A stretch of DNA of 64,000 nucleotides from an uncultured Ruminiclostridium sp. GTDB taxonomy: Bacteria > Bacillota > Clostridia > Oscillospirales > Ruminococcaceae. Of this stretch, positions 38,539 through 47,975 are shown one piece after another. The stretch's first letter is position 1. Each line of letters starts with the position of its first letter. The DNA lies in the NCBI GenBank assembly GCA_947624435.1, contig CANQKE010000009.1:1-64000 (forward strand). The letters are read 5' to 3'. The notes under the pieces were generated by a model. The model did no database searches, had not been told where the DNA came from, and worked only from the letters and a program-made list of their open reading frames with translations. The translations under genes and the position numbers were made by a program.

Positions 38539-40830
38539 ATGCTTTGTTCAAGATGCAAAAAAAGAACCGCTGTGGTATTCATTTCGACCATGCAGGGGAA
38601 CGAAAAACGCGACGAGGGGCTTTGCCTTATCTGCGCAAAGGAGCTCGGCGTGCCGCAGGTAAACGAGTACCTTAAACAGATGGGTATAAGCGATGAAGAT
38701 TTAGAAGAAAGCTATAAAATGATGTTCGGCGACGAAGAGGCCGAGGACGACGACGTTGACGAAGACGACGATAAATTCATTCCCGGCGGCGCAAGCACTA
38801 TGCCTCCGCTGTTTCAGCGCTTGTTCGGTTCCGCCGGAAACGAAAACAACGCCGTGTCCGGCGGCGACGGTCAGCCTGTCAAGGAGGAGAAAAAGCGCAA
38901 CAAAAGGAAAGAGGAGAAAAAGCGCCGCTTCCTTGATACCTACTGCACCAACCTTACCGATAAGGCAAGGCGCGGCGAGTTGGATAGGATAATCGGCAGG
39001 GATAAGGAGATATACCGAGTCACTCAGATACTTTCCCGCCGCACTAAAAATAATCCCTGTATCATAGGTGAGCCCGGCGTAGGCAAGACCGCCATAGCGG
39101 AGGGCATCGCCCAGAAGATAGTCAGCGGTGACGTACCGTTCAGATTGCAGGATAAGGAGCTTTATCTGCTTGATCTTACCGCATTGGTAGCCGGGACGCA
39201 GTTCCGCGGTCAGTTTGAGAGCCGCGCAAAGTCGCTTATCGAGGAGATAAAGACGGCCGGAAACATCATACTTTTTATCGACGAGGTGCATAATCTTGTC
39301 GGCACCGGCGATTCCGAGGGTACGATGAACGCCGCAAATATTTTCAAGCCGGCGCTTTCCCGCGGAGAAATGCAGGTGATAGGCGCGACCACCTTCGATG
39401 AGTACAGAAAGTATATCGAAAAGGACGCTGCGCTGGAACGCCGTTTTCAGCCGGTAACCATAAACGAGCCTACAATAGACGAAACTATAGAGCTGCTGCG
39501 CGGTATCAAATCCTACTATGAGGAACATCACCGCATACACATCAGCGAAGAGGTACTCAAAAGCTGCGCGGTGCTGAGCGAGAGATATATCACCGACCGT
39601 TTTCTGCCGGATAAGGCGATAGACCTGCTGGACGAGTCTGCCGCCTGCGCAAGCATAAACAGCGACGAGCTTACCCGTTACGAAAAGCTGGTAAAGGAAA
39701 ATAAAAAGCTGGAGCAGGAGGAGAACGAGCTTTCCTCCGATACCGAAAACGTAAATTATCAGCGGATAGCCGAGGTAAAGACCCGAATCGCTAAAAATCA
39801 GGCGGTGATAAAGGAGCTTGAGCCTAAGCTGGACGAGATAAACGTTACCGTTCAGGACGTCTGCAAAGTCATAGAGCTTTGGACGGGAATACCCGCAAGC
39901 AAGATAATGGAGACCGAATATATCAAGATAGCAAAGCTTGAAGAGGTACTGAAAAGCAAGATAGTCGGTCAGGACGAGGCATGCTCTTTGGTGGCCGCCG
40001 CGATAAAGCGCACCAGAGTACAGCTTTCGGCTCGCAAAAGACCCGCGTCGTTTATCTTCGTCGGACCTACAGGCGTCGGTAAGACCGAGCTGGTAAAGGT
40101 GCTTGCGGCAGAGCTTTTCGATACGGTAGACCCGCTTATCAGACTTGATATGTCGGAGTTTATGGAAAAGCACAGCGTATCCCGCATAATAGGCTCTCCT
40201 CCGGGATATGTCGGCTATGACGAGGCGGGACAGCTTACCGAAAAGGTACGCAGAAAGCCTTATTCGGTGATACTTTTTGACGAGATAGAAAAGGCACATC
40301 CCGATGTGCTGAATATACTGCTTCAGATACTCGACGAGGGCAAGGTGAATGACGCGCACGGCAGGACGGTAAGCTTCGAGCATACCATTATCGCCATGAC
40401 CTCAAACGCCGGTTCTTCGCTTAAAACCGCCAGCCTCGGCTTTGCCAAGACCGAGGAGGATATTTCCCGCGAAAAGGCGATGAACGCATTAAAAGATTTC
40501 CTTCGTCCGGAATTCCTCAGCAGGATAGACGAGATAGTGGTATTCAAGCCGCTTGATGAAGAGTCCTACTGCGGTATCGCCCGTCTGATGATAGACGAGA
40601 TGAGAACGCCGCTGGAGGAGAAAAATATCACGCTGGAAGTTACCGAGAAAGCTTATAAATATATCGGTAAAAAGGCTTACGGCGGGAAATACGGCGGCAG
40701 AGACGTGCGCAGGATAATCCGCAAGGAGGTAGAGGATAAGGTAGCGGACATTATAGTAGATAATGACGGCATTATATCCTCTATAAAGATAGACGCAGCC
40801 GCAGACAGCCTTAAGATAACGGGCAAATAA
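38539..40830 (+). CDS. clpE: ATP-dependent Clp protease ATP-binding subunit, ClpE-type (N-terminal zinc finger, two AAA+ modules)
   Basis: [18 protein letters not shown]; Walker A GEPGVGKT and GPTGVGKT. Confidence 0.85.
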   Translation: MLCSRCKKRTAVVFISTMQGNEKRDEGLCLICAKELGVPQVNEYLKQMGISDEDLEESYKMMFGDEEAEDDDVDEDDDKFIPGGASTMPPLFQRLFGSAGNENNAVSGGDGQPVKEEKKRNKRKEEKKRRFLDTYCTNLTDKARRGELDRIIGRDKEIYRVTQILSRRTKNNPCIIGEPGVGKTAIAEGIAQKIVSGDVPFRLQDKELYLLDLTALVAGTQFRGQFESRAKSLIEEIKTAGNIILFIDEVHNLVGTGDSEGTMNAANIFKPALSRGEMQVIGATTFDEYRKYIEKDAALERRFQPVTINEPTIDETIELLRGIKSYYEEHHRIHISEEVLKSCAVLSERYITDRFLPDKAIDLLDESAACASINSDELTRYEKLVKENKKLEQEENELSSDTENVNYQRIAEVKTRIAKNQAVIKELEPKLDEINVTVQDVCKVIELWTGIPASKIMETEYIKIAKLEEVLKSKIVGQDEACSLVAAAIKRTRVQLSARKRPASFIFVGPTGVGKTELVKVLAAELFDTVDPLIRLDMSEFMEKHSVSRIIGSPPGYVGYDEAGQLTEKVRRKPYSVILFDEIEKAHPDVLNILLQILDEGKVNDAHGRTVSFEHTIIAMTSNAGSSLKTASLGFAKTEEDISREKAMNALKDFLRPEFLSRIDEIVVFKPLDEESYCGIARLMIDEMRTPLEEKNITLEVTEKAYKYIGKKAYGGKYGGRDVRRIIRKEVEDKVADIIVDNDGIISSIKIDAAADSLKITGK

Positions 40831-40858
40831 TGTTCCCGCTTCGGCAGAAAGGACAGAT

Positions 40859-41563
40859 ATGGCGGTTATCATTACCGGCGGTACCGGTGCTATAGGCAGT
40901 GCGTTAGTAAGCGTATTCTCAAAGGATCACGATACTGCGGTGATCTATAAAAGCTCCGACGAAAAGGCGGCGGAGCTTGAAAAAACATACGGGTGCCGCT
41001 GCTTTAAGGCCGATATTACTTCAAAGCGGCAGGCGGCGCAGGTCGTAAAGGAGATATACGACCTGTACGGCAGGATAGATATACTTATAAATAACGCGGG
41101 GACAGCGCAGATAAAGCTGTTTACCGATATAACCGAAGAGGACTGGCAGGATATGCTGAATGTAAATCTTACCGGCATGTTCAATGTCACGCAGGAGGCG
41201 GTAAGGTATATGCTTCACCGAAAGGCGGGCAGTATCGTAAATATCTCCTCCGTGTGGGGAGTGTACGGTGCGTCCTGCGAGGTGCATTATTCCACCGCCA
41301 AGGCGGGAGTTATCGGCTTTACAAAGGCGCTTGCAAAGGAGCTTGCCCCCTCCGGCATAACCGTAAACTGCGTTGCACCCGGCGCGGTGGACAGTCCCAT
41401 GACGGTAAATGCGCTTACCGCCGACGACCTTGACGAGCTTAAGCGTGAAATACCGCTCGGCAGGCTCGGCATACCGCAGGAAATAGCGGACAGCGTGAAA
41501 TTTTTAGCGGCTTCTCCCTATATAACGGGGCAGGTGCTCGGCGTGGACGGAGGATTTTGCTGA
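40859..41563 (+). CDS. SDR-family oxidoreductase (3-oxoacyl-ACP reductase-like)
   Basis: TGGTGAIG; YSTAKAG catalytic motif. Confidence 0.85.
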   Translation: MAVIITGGTGAIGSALVSVFSKDHDTAVIYKSSDEKAAELEKTYGCRCFKADITSKRQAAQVVKEIYDLYGRIDILINNAGTAQIKLFTDITEEDWQDMLNVNLTGMFNVTQEAVRYMLHRKAGSIVNISSVWGVYGASCEVHYSTAKAGVIGFTKALAKELAPSGITVNCVAPGAVDSPMTVNALTADDLDELKREIPLGRLGIPQEIADSVKFLAASPYITGQVLGVDGGFC

Positions 41564-41590
41564 AAACAGCTAAAAATTTTATATTATCTC

Positions 41591-41619
41591 TTGAATTTTA
41601 TAAAAGCATATTGTATAAT
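41591..41619 (+). promoter_or_regulatory. candidate promoter TTGAAT-17-TATAAT
   Basis: Hexamers upstream of ppa. Confidence 0.45.
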
Positions 41620-41663
41620 TAAGAAAAGAAACAGTCGTAAAACCGACCGAAAGAGGAACGTAT

Positions 41664-42236
41664 ATGAATAATGTATGGCATGATGTAGACAACGACAGAG
41701 TCACACCGGATGATTTCCTTGCTGTCATAGAAATATCAAAGGGCAGCAAATTAAAATATGAGCTGGATAAAAAGACGGGTATGCTTATCCTGGATAGGAT
41801 ACTTTATACCTCTACCCATTATCCCGCAAATTACGGCTTTATTCCAAAGACGCTTGCGGACGACGGCGACCCGCTGGACGTTCTGGTACTAAGCAACGAG
41901 GCGTTAGTGCCACTGGTGCTGGTAGAATGTTATCCTATCGGCGTTATCAATATGGTGGATAACGGCAAGATGGATCAGAAGATAATCGCAATACCGTTCG
42001 GCGACCCGAATTATAATTCTTACAGAAGCATCGAGGGCTTGCCCAATCATATCTTCAAGGAAATGCAGCACTTCTTTACGGTGTATAAGCAGCTTGAGGG
42101 CAAGGACACCGCCGTGGACGAGGTAATGGGACACAATATGGCGGTACAGATAATAAAAGAGTGCATAAGCAATTACGAAGAGATATACGGAAAAAAAGAT
42201 GCTGATACTGGCAAGCAAGTCACCGCGAAGGTGTGA
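41664..42236 (+). CDS. ppa: inorganic pyrophosphatase (family I)
   Basis: EISKGSKLKYELDKKTG; DGDPLDVLV. Confidence 0.9.
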   Translation: MNNVWHDVDNDRVTPDDFLAVIEISKGSKLKYELDKKTGMLILDRILYTSTHYPANYGFIPKTLADDGDPLDVLVLSNEALVPLVLVECYPIGVINMVDNGKMDQKIIAIPFGDPNYNSYRSIEGLPNHIFKEMQHFFTVYKQLEGKDTAVDEVMGHNMAVQIIKECISNYEEIYGKKDADTGKQVTAKV

Positions 42237-42777
42237 ATTACTTAAGCTTGCAGGGCTTGAGTTTACCGTATGTCCGGCTAAAGGCAAAGAGGAGCTGCCG
42301 CTGGGTATTCTTCCGGCGGACGCGGTAGAGCTGCTGGCAAAGCAGAAAGCCGTTGAGATCGCGGCGCGTTTTCCCGGTGATACAGTCTTAGGCGCGGATA
42401 CGGTGGTAGCTTTCGGCAAACGTATTTTAGGCAAGCCGGAGGACGAGAACGCCGCTTATGAAATGCTTAAAACGCTTTCCGGCAATACGCACAGCGTATA
42501 TACCGGCGTTTGCATTATCAGTGCGGGGAATATGCAGGTGTTCCATCAAAAGACCGATGTCAGATTTTATCCGCTTTCCGATAATGAGATACTCGATTAT
42601 ATCGCTACCGGAGAGCCTATGGATAAGGCGGGAGCATACGGGATCCAGGAAAAAGGCTTTTTCATGGTCAAGGAAATTTGCGGTGACTATTACAATGTTG
42701 TAGGTTTGCCGCTGGCGGAAACGGTGCGCAGATTGAATGCGCCGGGCGATCAGGGTCAAGTTGCAGGGGGAAAATAA
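42199..42777 (+). CDS. maf: Maf-like nucleoside triphosphate pyrophosphatase
   Basis: MLILASKSPRRCELL; overlaps the ppa 3' end by 38 nt. Confidence 0.85.
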   Translation: MLILASKSPRRCELLKLAGLEFTVCPAKGKEELPLGILPADAVELLAKQKAVEIAARFPGDTVLGADTVVAFGKRILGKPEDENAAYEMLKTLSGNTHSVYTGVCIISAGNMQVFHQKTDVRFYPLSDNEILDYIATGEPMDKAGAYGIQEKGFFMVKEICGDYYNVVGLPLAETVRRLNAPGDQGQVAGGK

Positions 42778-42778
42778 G

Positions 42779-43141
42779 TCTGAAAAAATAAATTTTTCAG
42801 ACTTTGCGTTTTGCGCTTTGCTGAGTACGGTCAGCAATTTTGCTTCGCAAAACCGCACAAAAACTCGAAAGGAGAGATGCTTGCTTCGCAAGCATGGTAA
42901 GTTTGAAAAATAAATTTTTCAAACTGTGAGTTTTGCGCTTTGCCGAGTACGGTCGGCAATTTTGCTTCGCAAAACCGCACAAAAACTCGAAAGGAGAGAT
43001 GCTTGCTTCGCAAGCATGGTAAGTTTGAAAAATAAATTTTTCAAACTGTGAGTTTTGCGCTTTGCCGAGTACGGTCGGCAATTTTGCTTCGCAAAACCGC
43101 ACAAAAACTCGAAAGGAGAGATGCTTGCTTCGCAAGCATGG
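42779..43141 (+). repeat. three tandem 121-bp copies of element R1, each with perfect palindrome TTTGAAAAATAAATTTTTCAAA, a structured middle, SD GAAAGGAGAG and perfect hairpin ATGCTTGCTTCGCAAGCAT encoding mini-ORF MLASQAW
   Basis: Units at 42779-42901, 42902-43022, 43023-43141 differ at 2-5 positions; the hairpin of the last copy contains the start codon of 43138..43413. Confidence 0.9.
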
Positions 43142-43413
43142 TAATAGCTATGTATTTTGTAAGTAATCCGTTTGACAAAAAGGTTACCCAGCTTGAGGGA
43201 GATTATTTCACCGTGATAAGGGAGAAAGACGGCAAGCTGTATCTTTCCAACGGCGCTATAATAAAGCAGACCAACGAGGGGAAATATTTCGATATTTCCA
43301 CCAGCGAAAAATACGGAGCCGTGTACGAGGCGGATAACATCAACGAGATAAATTCCATAGTGGGATATGCTCCGGTAGAGGGCTCGACCGGACCGGATTA
43401 TCTCGGATTTTAA
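43138..43413 (+). CDS. small hypothetical protein (91 aa)
   Basis: ATG embedded in the R1 hairpin 3' arm (CAAGCATGG), 17 nt from the SD; the ORF track extends upstream through repeat units, which is probably spurious. Confidence 0.45.
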   Translation: MVIAMYFVSNPFDKKVTQLEGDYFTVIREKDGKLYLSNGAIIKQTNEGKYFDISTSEKYGAVYEADNINEINSIVGYAPVEGSTGPDYLGF

Positions 43414-45482
43414 CCGGCAAAGAGAAGATAAACGGCGTTTACCGCCATACAAATTATAACACCGACGGCGGTCGGCAGTATTACTGCGGCTGCCGTCCAT
43501 TTTATGCTTTTCGTTTCTTTATAGATGGTTATACAGGTGGTAGAGCAGGGGAAATGGAACAGCGAAAACAGTATCACGCATACCGCCGTAATTATTGTCC
43601 AGCCGTTTGAACAAAGCAATTGTGCAAGCTGCGCGGTACTTCCCGCGTCGGATAAAGCAGATGTAGCGGAATATGACATTATAATGATAGGTATAACGGT
43701 TTCGTTTGCCGGAAATCCCAGAATGAACGCAAACAATATCACCCCGTCCATTCCCATCAGCCTGCCTAAAGGGTCGAGAAAATCCGTGCAGATGCTAAGC
43801 AGCGAATTTCCGTCGACGGTTATGTTTGCTATTATCCATATTATCAGACCCGCCGGAGCAGCCACCGTGACCGCCCTTGCGAGGACAAACAGCGTTCTGT
43901 CTAAAAACGATCTTATCAGAACTTTTCCTATCTGCGGCTTGCGGTAAGAGGGCAATTCTATCGTAAACGACGACGGCTCTCCCTTAAGCAGGGTAGCGGA
44001 CATAAGCTTTGAACACAGCAGCGTTACCGCCACGCCGAGTATCAGCACCAGCAGCATACCCAGCGCCGCCGAAAGGTTTCCTATCATACCCGCGCCGGTG
44101 CCTATTATAAAGATAGTTATAAGACTTATTATTGTGGGAAATTTACCGTTGCAGGGTATCATTGAGGAAGTGATTATCGCTATCAGCCGTTCGCGCGGAC
44201 TGTCTATTATCCTTGCTCCGGTAACGCCGCACGCGTTGCAGCCGAGGCTCATGCACATGCTCAACGCCTGCTTGCCGCAAGCTCCGGCTTTTTTGAAATA
44301 TTTATCAAGATTAAAAGCTATTCGCGGCAAAATGCCGAGATCCTCCAGCAATGTAAACAACGGGAAAAATATCGCCATAGGCGGCAGCATGACCGCCACC
44401 ACCCACGCAAGCACCCTGAATATTCCCTCGGTAAGCATACGGTTTATTATGTCTGGTACGCCGATGTAATGTATGAAAGACGCGAGCTGTTCCTCAGCGG
44501 CATTAAACAATTCGGACAGCAGGGAGGACGGATAATTCGCCCCCGCTATCGTTATCCATAATATTACCGCAAGCATTAACAGCATAATAGGAACAGCCGT
44601 GAATTTTCCCGTCAGGATACGGTCTATCCTGCTGTCACGCTGGGTTTTTCTGCTGCTTTTTCCTTTGACGCATTCACAGCAGATAGATTCCGCGTTCAGC
44701 ACAACGCAGGAGGATATGATGTCCTCCGCTCTTTCTTTATCAAGTCCCGCTTTTTCGGACAGCTCGGAGGATTCGCGTATTATCTTTTGCTTTGTATTTT
44801 CGTCAAGTCCGGCATGCTCGCACATTTCGTCTATAAACGCGGCGTTTCCCTCCGCCAGCCTTACCGCGGTAAATCGTCGGGGCAGCATGCCGAAATATTT
44901 ATCCGCCAAAGGAGAAAGAGCGGTTATAGCAGCCTCGACCTCTTTTGTATATTTTATTTCACAGCAATGCGAGAGCGGTTTTTGGGCAGCCTGCTCGATA
45001 GCGTCTGACAGCTCGCTAAGCCCCTTTTTGCTTCTTGCGGCGGTCTTTATGACCGGCACAGCCAGCTCTCGGCTCAGCTTTTCGGCGTCTATTTCAATGT
45101 TTTTCTTGTCCGCCTCGTCGATAAGATTCAGACAGATTATAACGTTAGGCGTTATTTCCATCGTTTGTAATGCAAGGATAAGATTTCGCTCTAAACAGGA
45201 GGCATCGCACACCACGACCGAAACGTCGCTTTTGCCGAACGCGATAAAGCTGCGCGCCTCCTTTTCCTCCGCCGAGTGCGCCATAAGCGAATATGTCCCC
45301 GGCAGATCGTACATTATTATCTTGTGTCCGTTTCTTATGTATTCGCCGCGCGTGTTCTCCACGGTTTTTCCCGCCCAGTTGCCGGTATGCTGCTTAAGTC
45401 CGGTCAGGGCGTTGAAAACCGTGCTTTTCCCGACGTTCGGGTTTCCGGCAAGCGTCACTTGTATTTCACTGTATGTTTCCAT
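43410..45482 (-). CDS. feoB: ferrous iron transporter FeoB
   Basis: G-domain AGNPNVGKSTVFNALTG; C-terminal polytopic permease; start METYSEIQV preceded by an R1-type SD plus hairpin. Confidence 0.9.
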   Translation of the reverse strand: METYSEIQVTLAGNPNVGKSTVFNALTGLKQHTGNWAGKTVENTRGEYIRNGHKIIMYDLPGTYSLMAHSAEEKEARSFIAFGKSDVSVVVCDASCLERNLILALQTMEITPNVIICLNLIDEADKKNIEIDAEKLSRELAVPVIKTAARSKKGLSELSDAIEQAAQKPLSHCCEIKYTKEVEAAITALSPLADKYFGMLPRRFTAVRLAEGNAAFIDEMCEHAGLDENTKQKIIRESSELSEKAGLDKERAEDIISSCVVLNAESICCECVKGKSSRKTQRDSRIDRILTGKFTAVPIMLLMLAVILWITIAGANYPSSLLSELFNAAEEQLASFIHYIGVPDIINRMLTEGIFRVLAWVVAVMLPPMAIFFPLFTLLEDLGILPRIAFNLDKYFKKAGACGKQALSMCMSLGCNACGVTGARIIDSPRERLIAIITSSMIPCNGKFPTIISLITIFIIGTGAGMIGNLSAALGMLLVLILGVAVTLLCSKLMSATLLKGEPSSFTIELPSYRKPQIGKVLIRSFLDRTLFVLARAVTVAAPAGLIIWIIANITVDGNSLLSICTDFLDPLGRLMGMDGVILFAFILGFPANETVIPIIIMSYSATSALSDAGSTAQLAQLLCSNGWTIITAVCVILFSLFHFPCSTTCITIYKETKSIKWTAAAVILPTAVGVIICMAVNAVYLLFAG

Positions 45483-45487
45483 TTTAT

Positions 45488-45545
45488 AACAATGCTTGCA
45501 AAGCAAGCGGCTCTCCTTTCAAGACTCAGCAAAGTCCGGAAAAAT
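45488..45545 (-). repeat. partial R1 copy (minus strand): A-T palindrome, GAAAGGAGAG, then GCTTGCTTTGCAAGC hairpin upstream of feoB
   Basis: Minus strand reads TCTGAAAAAATAATTTTTCCGGA..CTTGAAAGGAGAGCCGCTTGCTTTGCAAGCATTGTTATAAAATG. Confidence 0.6.
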
Positions 45546-45663
45546 TATTTTTTCAGACTTAAACCTCCGATGCCGTTTGCTTTCAGCTTATGTCAAACTA
45601 TCCCGATAGGTGAAAAAAAGAGAGCCTCCTAATTAAAGGAAGCTCTTTTAATATTAAATTATT

Positions 45664-46776
45664 TTATTCCCGTTGATCGTCACGATCGTTATTTCCGCCT
45701 TGTTCATCGTTTTCACCCTGTTCGCCGCGGTTATTCTGATCGTTCCGGTCATTACGGTCGTTGTTATTGTTATTATTATTTCCGACAGCAGCTCCGTCGG
45801 ATAATATGACGGTGTCGCCCTCATTGATACCGCTGAGTATCTCGGTATATCCTCCCGCGGTAACGCCGACCTCTACCGGCATATCGTACTTTTCTTCGCC
45901 TCTTAATATGCTGCAATAGTAACTGTTATTTTCCTTTTTTATCGCCTTTTCCGGTACGGCAAGGACGTTAGTGCGTCTTACTGTCACGGCATAGATGGTC
46001 GCCCAGCCCTCTGCCGCCTGAGCTGCGCCGGTACCCTCTGTAAGCAGGCGCTTAAGGTCGTCGTCATAAAGCTTAGCGGCGGAATAATTCAGCGCCGCCT
46101 TGCTTGCGTCCGCCGGAGCGGTGTCGGGTGCGGCGGTGATAGTGCCGGCGTATTCCTCGTTGTTTACTACCAGCTTTACCTCCATGCCGAAACGCAGGTT
46201 CTTGCCCGCGCCGCCCTCGTTATAAATAAACAGCGTTTCCGGTACCGAAACACAGCATATCTCCGTACCTTGCGGGACGGTAGTACCCTCGCTTGCGAAT
46301 ATCATCTTGTTTACCAGACCGTCATACGGTGCTTCGATAATGGACTGCTGCTTAAGCTTAAGCAGCTCGTCAAGCTCTATCTGCGCGGCTTCCTTGGACA
46401 TGCTGTCACTTGCCTGAGCGACAAGTATCTCCTGTTCGGTTATCTGAAAGTCAAGGTCGGTAGTGTCAAGCTCCATAAGAACGTCGCCTTTTTTGACCGT
46501 GCTGTTCTGCGAGGTGTAGACTTTCTTTATTTTGGTCTCCTTAAACGGAGCTTCAAAGCTGGTAGAGGTGGAAAATCCGATATTAGCCGGTATTCGCTCC
46601 TCGTTTTCGATAGTCCTGTATTCTGCGACGGCAGTTTCGTAAGACAGCTTTGTTTCTCCGTTTATCGGCTTTACGATCTCTTGCTCGACGCTCGGAGCGC
46701 AGCCGCTTACCGATACGGCAACGGCTAAGGATACCAATAAGCTCATCGCTCTTATTTTGTTTTTTGCGGATAACAT
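45664..46776 (-). CDS. HlyD-like membrane fusion (periplasmic adaptor) lipoprotein with Asn/Asp/Arg-rich low-complexity C-terminal tail
   Basis: Lipobox VSGCA; biotinyl-lipoyl-like VKKGDVLMELDT; tail NNNNNNNDRNDRNDQNNRGEQGENDEQGGNNDRDDQRE; start set at MLSAKNK. Confidence 0.6.
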   Translation of the reverse strand: MLSAKNKIRAMSLLVSLAVAVSVSGCAPSVEQEIVKPINGETKLSYETAVAEYRTIENEERIPANIGFSTSTSFEAPFKETKIKKVYTSQNSTVKKGDVLMELDTTDLDFQITEQEILVAQASDSMSKEAAQIELDELLKLKQQSIIEAPYDGLVNKMIFASEGTTVPQGTEICCVSVPETLFIYNEGGAGKNLRFGMEVKLVVNNEEYAGTITAAPDTAPADASKAALNYSAAKLYDDDLKRLLTEGTGAAQAAEGWATIYAVTVRRTNVLAVPEKAIKKENNSYYCSILRGEEKYDMPVEVGVTAGGYTEILSGINEGDTVILSDGAAVGNNNNNNNDRNDRNDQNNRGEQGENDEQGGNNDRDDQRE

Positions 46777-46796
46777 GATTTTTCCTTTCGCAAAAA

Positions 46797-47957
46797 TTAC
46801 ATACGCGTAAATATTTCCAGACACATGCGTCCGTTGTGATACGGACATTTCCACGGGTCCGCCGTCGGCTTGGATTCGTCCGGATGCTCGTCGTCGAACA
46901 ACTGGGAGAACCACTCGCCGCCCTCTCTCTTATCTATTATATGGGATTTGATATATTCCCAGATACCGCGTGCGATATCTAAAAATCTCGCGTCGCCGTA
47001 TCTTTGATATGCGTTATAAAATCCCACAACGCCCTCAGCCTGCACCCACCAGATGTGCATGGTGTTTACCGCGCCTTTTTCTACCTCGTTGTTGAGCCTG
47101 CCGTTTACATAAGCGCGGTCTGCGATATTTGTAACTATCACCTTGTTCATCGCCGCAACGCGCTTTGAAAGATGCTCGTCGCCGATAACGTCGCATGCTC
47201 TGTCCATAAGCCATGTAGCCTCGATATCATGACCGTATGAATATATATCGCCTATCTCGTTTAATTCCTTATCGAAGAATACCAGCAGCTTGCCGTTCTT
47301 CTCATCGTATATCTTTTCCAGCATAAGCTCTACAAGAAAATAAAGCGAATGTAAAACGTTCTTGTCGCCGCTGACGCGGTAAAGCTCGGTATAAGCCTCT
47401 AACAGGTGCAAAGTGGTGTTCATGGTCTTGTCCGCCATAAGCCCGTTTTCCGAAAGAGCGTCGTTCGGCATAAGCTGCCAATCCTCGGTGAACGCCTCCT
47501 GATACGCGATATCGTCGCGGCATTTATTTTCCACCGTGTCATATATGCTTTTTGCGAGATTCAGCGCGTCTGTATCCTTTGACGCGTCGTAGTAGCTGGA
47601 AAGCGCGTAAATGAAAAACGCCTGACAGTAAGAATGCTTCATCGGATCGCTTACCGTGCCGTCGGCGTTCATCATCCAGTATACGCCGCCGTTTTTCCTG
47701 TCTACACAGTTTTTCACCATGAAGTCGTAGCAGTGCTTTGCTTTTCTCAGATATTCGGGATTTTTAAGTACCAGATAGCAGTTTGAGTAAAACCAGAGTA
47801 TCCTCGAATGGAGGATAACGCCTTTTTCGGCGTTTTTATCGGTTTTAAGGTCAAACCCGACGTATCCGTAAAATCCGCCGTTTTCATTGTCCTCCAGCTT
47901 ATCCCAAAAGGGGATTATATGGTTTATCAGTTCGTTTTTACATTCGCGTGCAAGCAT
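46797..47957 (-). CDS. N-acylglucosamine 2-epimerase (AGE) superfamily protein
   Basis: alpha/alpha-barrel AGE-like repeats; IIPFWDKLEDNENGGFYGYV. Confidence 0.75.
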   Translation of the reverse strand: MLARECKNELINHIIPFWDKLEDNENGGFYGYVGFDLKTDKNAEKGVILHSRILWFYSNCYLVLKNPEYLRKAKHCYDFMVKNCVDRKNGGVYWMMNADGTVSDPMKHSYCQAFFIYALSSYYDASKDTDALNLAKSIYDTVENKCRDDIAYQEAFTEDWQLMPNDALSENGLMADKTMNTTLHLLEAYTELYRVSGDKNVLHSLYFLVELMLEKIYDEKNGKLLVFFDKELNEIGDIYSYGHDIEATWLMDRACDVIGDEHLSKRVAAMNKVIVTNIADRAYVNGRLNNEVEKGAVNTMHIWWVQAEGVVGFYNAYQRYGDARFLDIARGIWEYIKSHIIDKREGGEWFSQLFDDEHPDESKPTADPWKCPYHNGRMCLEIFTRM

Positions 47958-47975
47958 ATTCTTTTCTCCGTTAAA

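Noticed and set aside
41904-42434. ORF 41904..42434 (-) overlapping ppa and maf
   Set aside because: Antisense to two conserved housekeeping genes. Low-complexity Ser/Ala-rich translation.
42427-43135. ORFs 42427..42891, 42797..43135, 42831..43013 (minus, all starting MRSKHLSFRVFVRFCEAKL) and the upstream extension of 43048..43413
   Set aside because: They are artefacts of reading the three tandem R1 repeats on the wrong strand or frame. Identical peptides arise from identical repeat units.
42779-43141. Possible CRISPR array
   Set aside because: Only three direct repeats, 121 bp long and contiguous, with no unique spacers and no cas genes. The same unit recurs singly at other loci.
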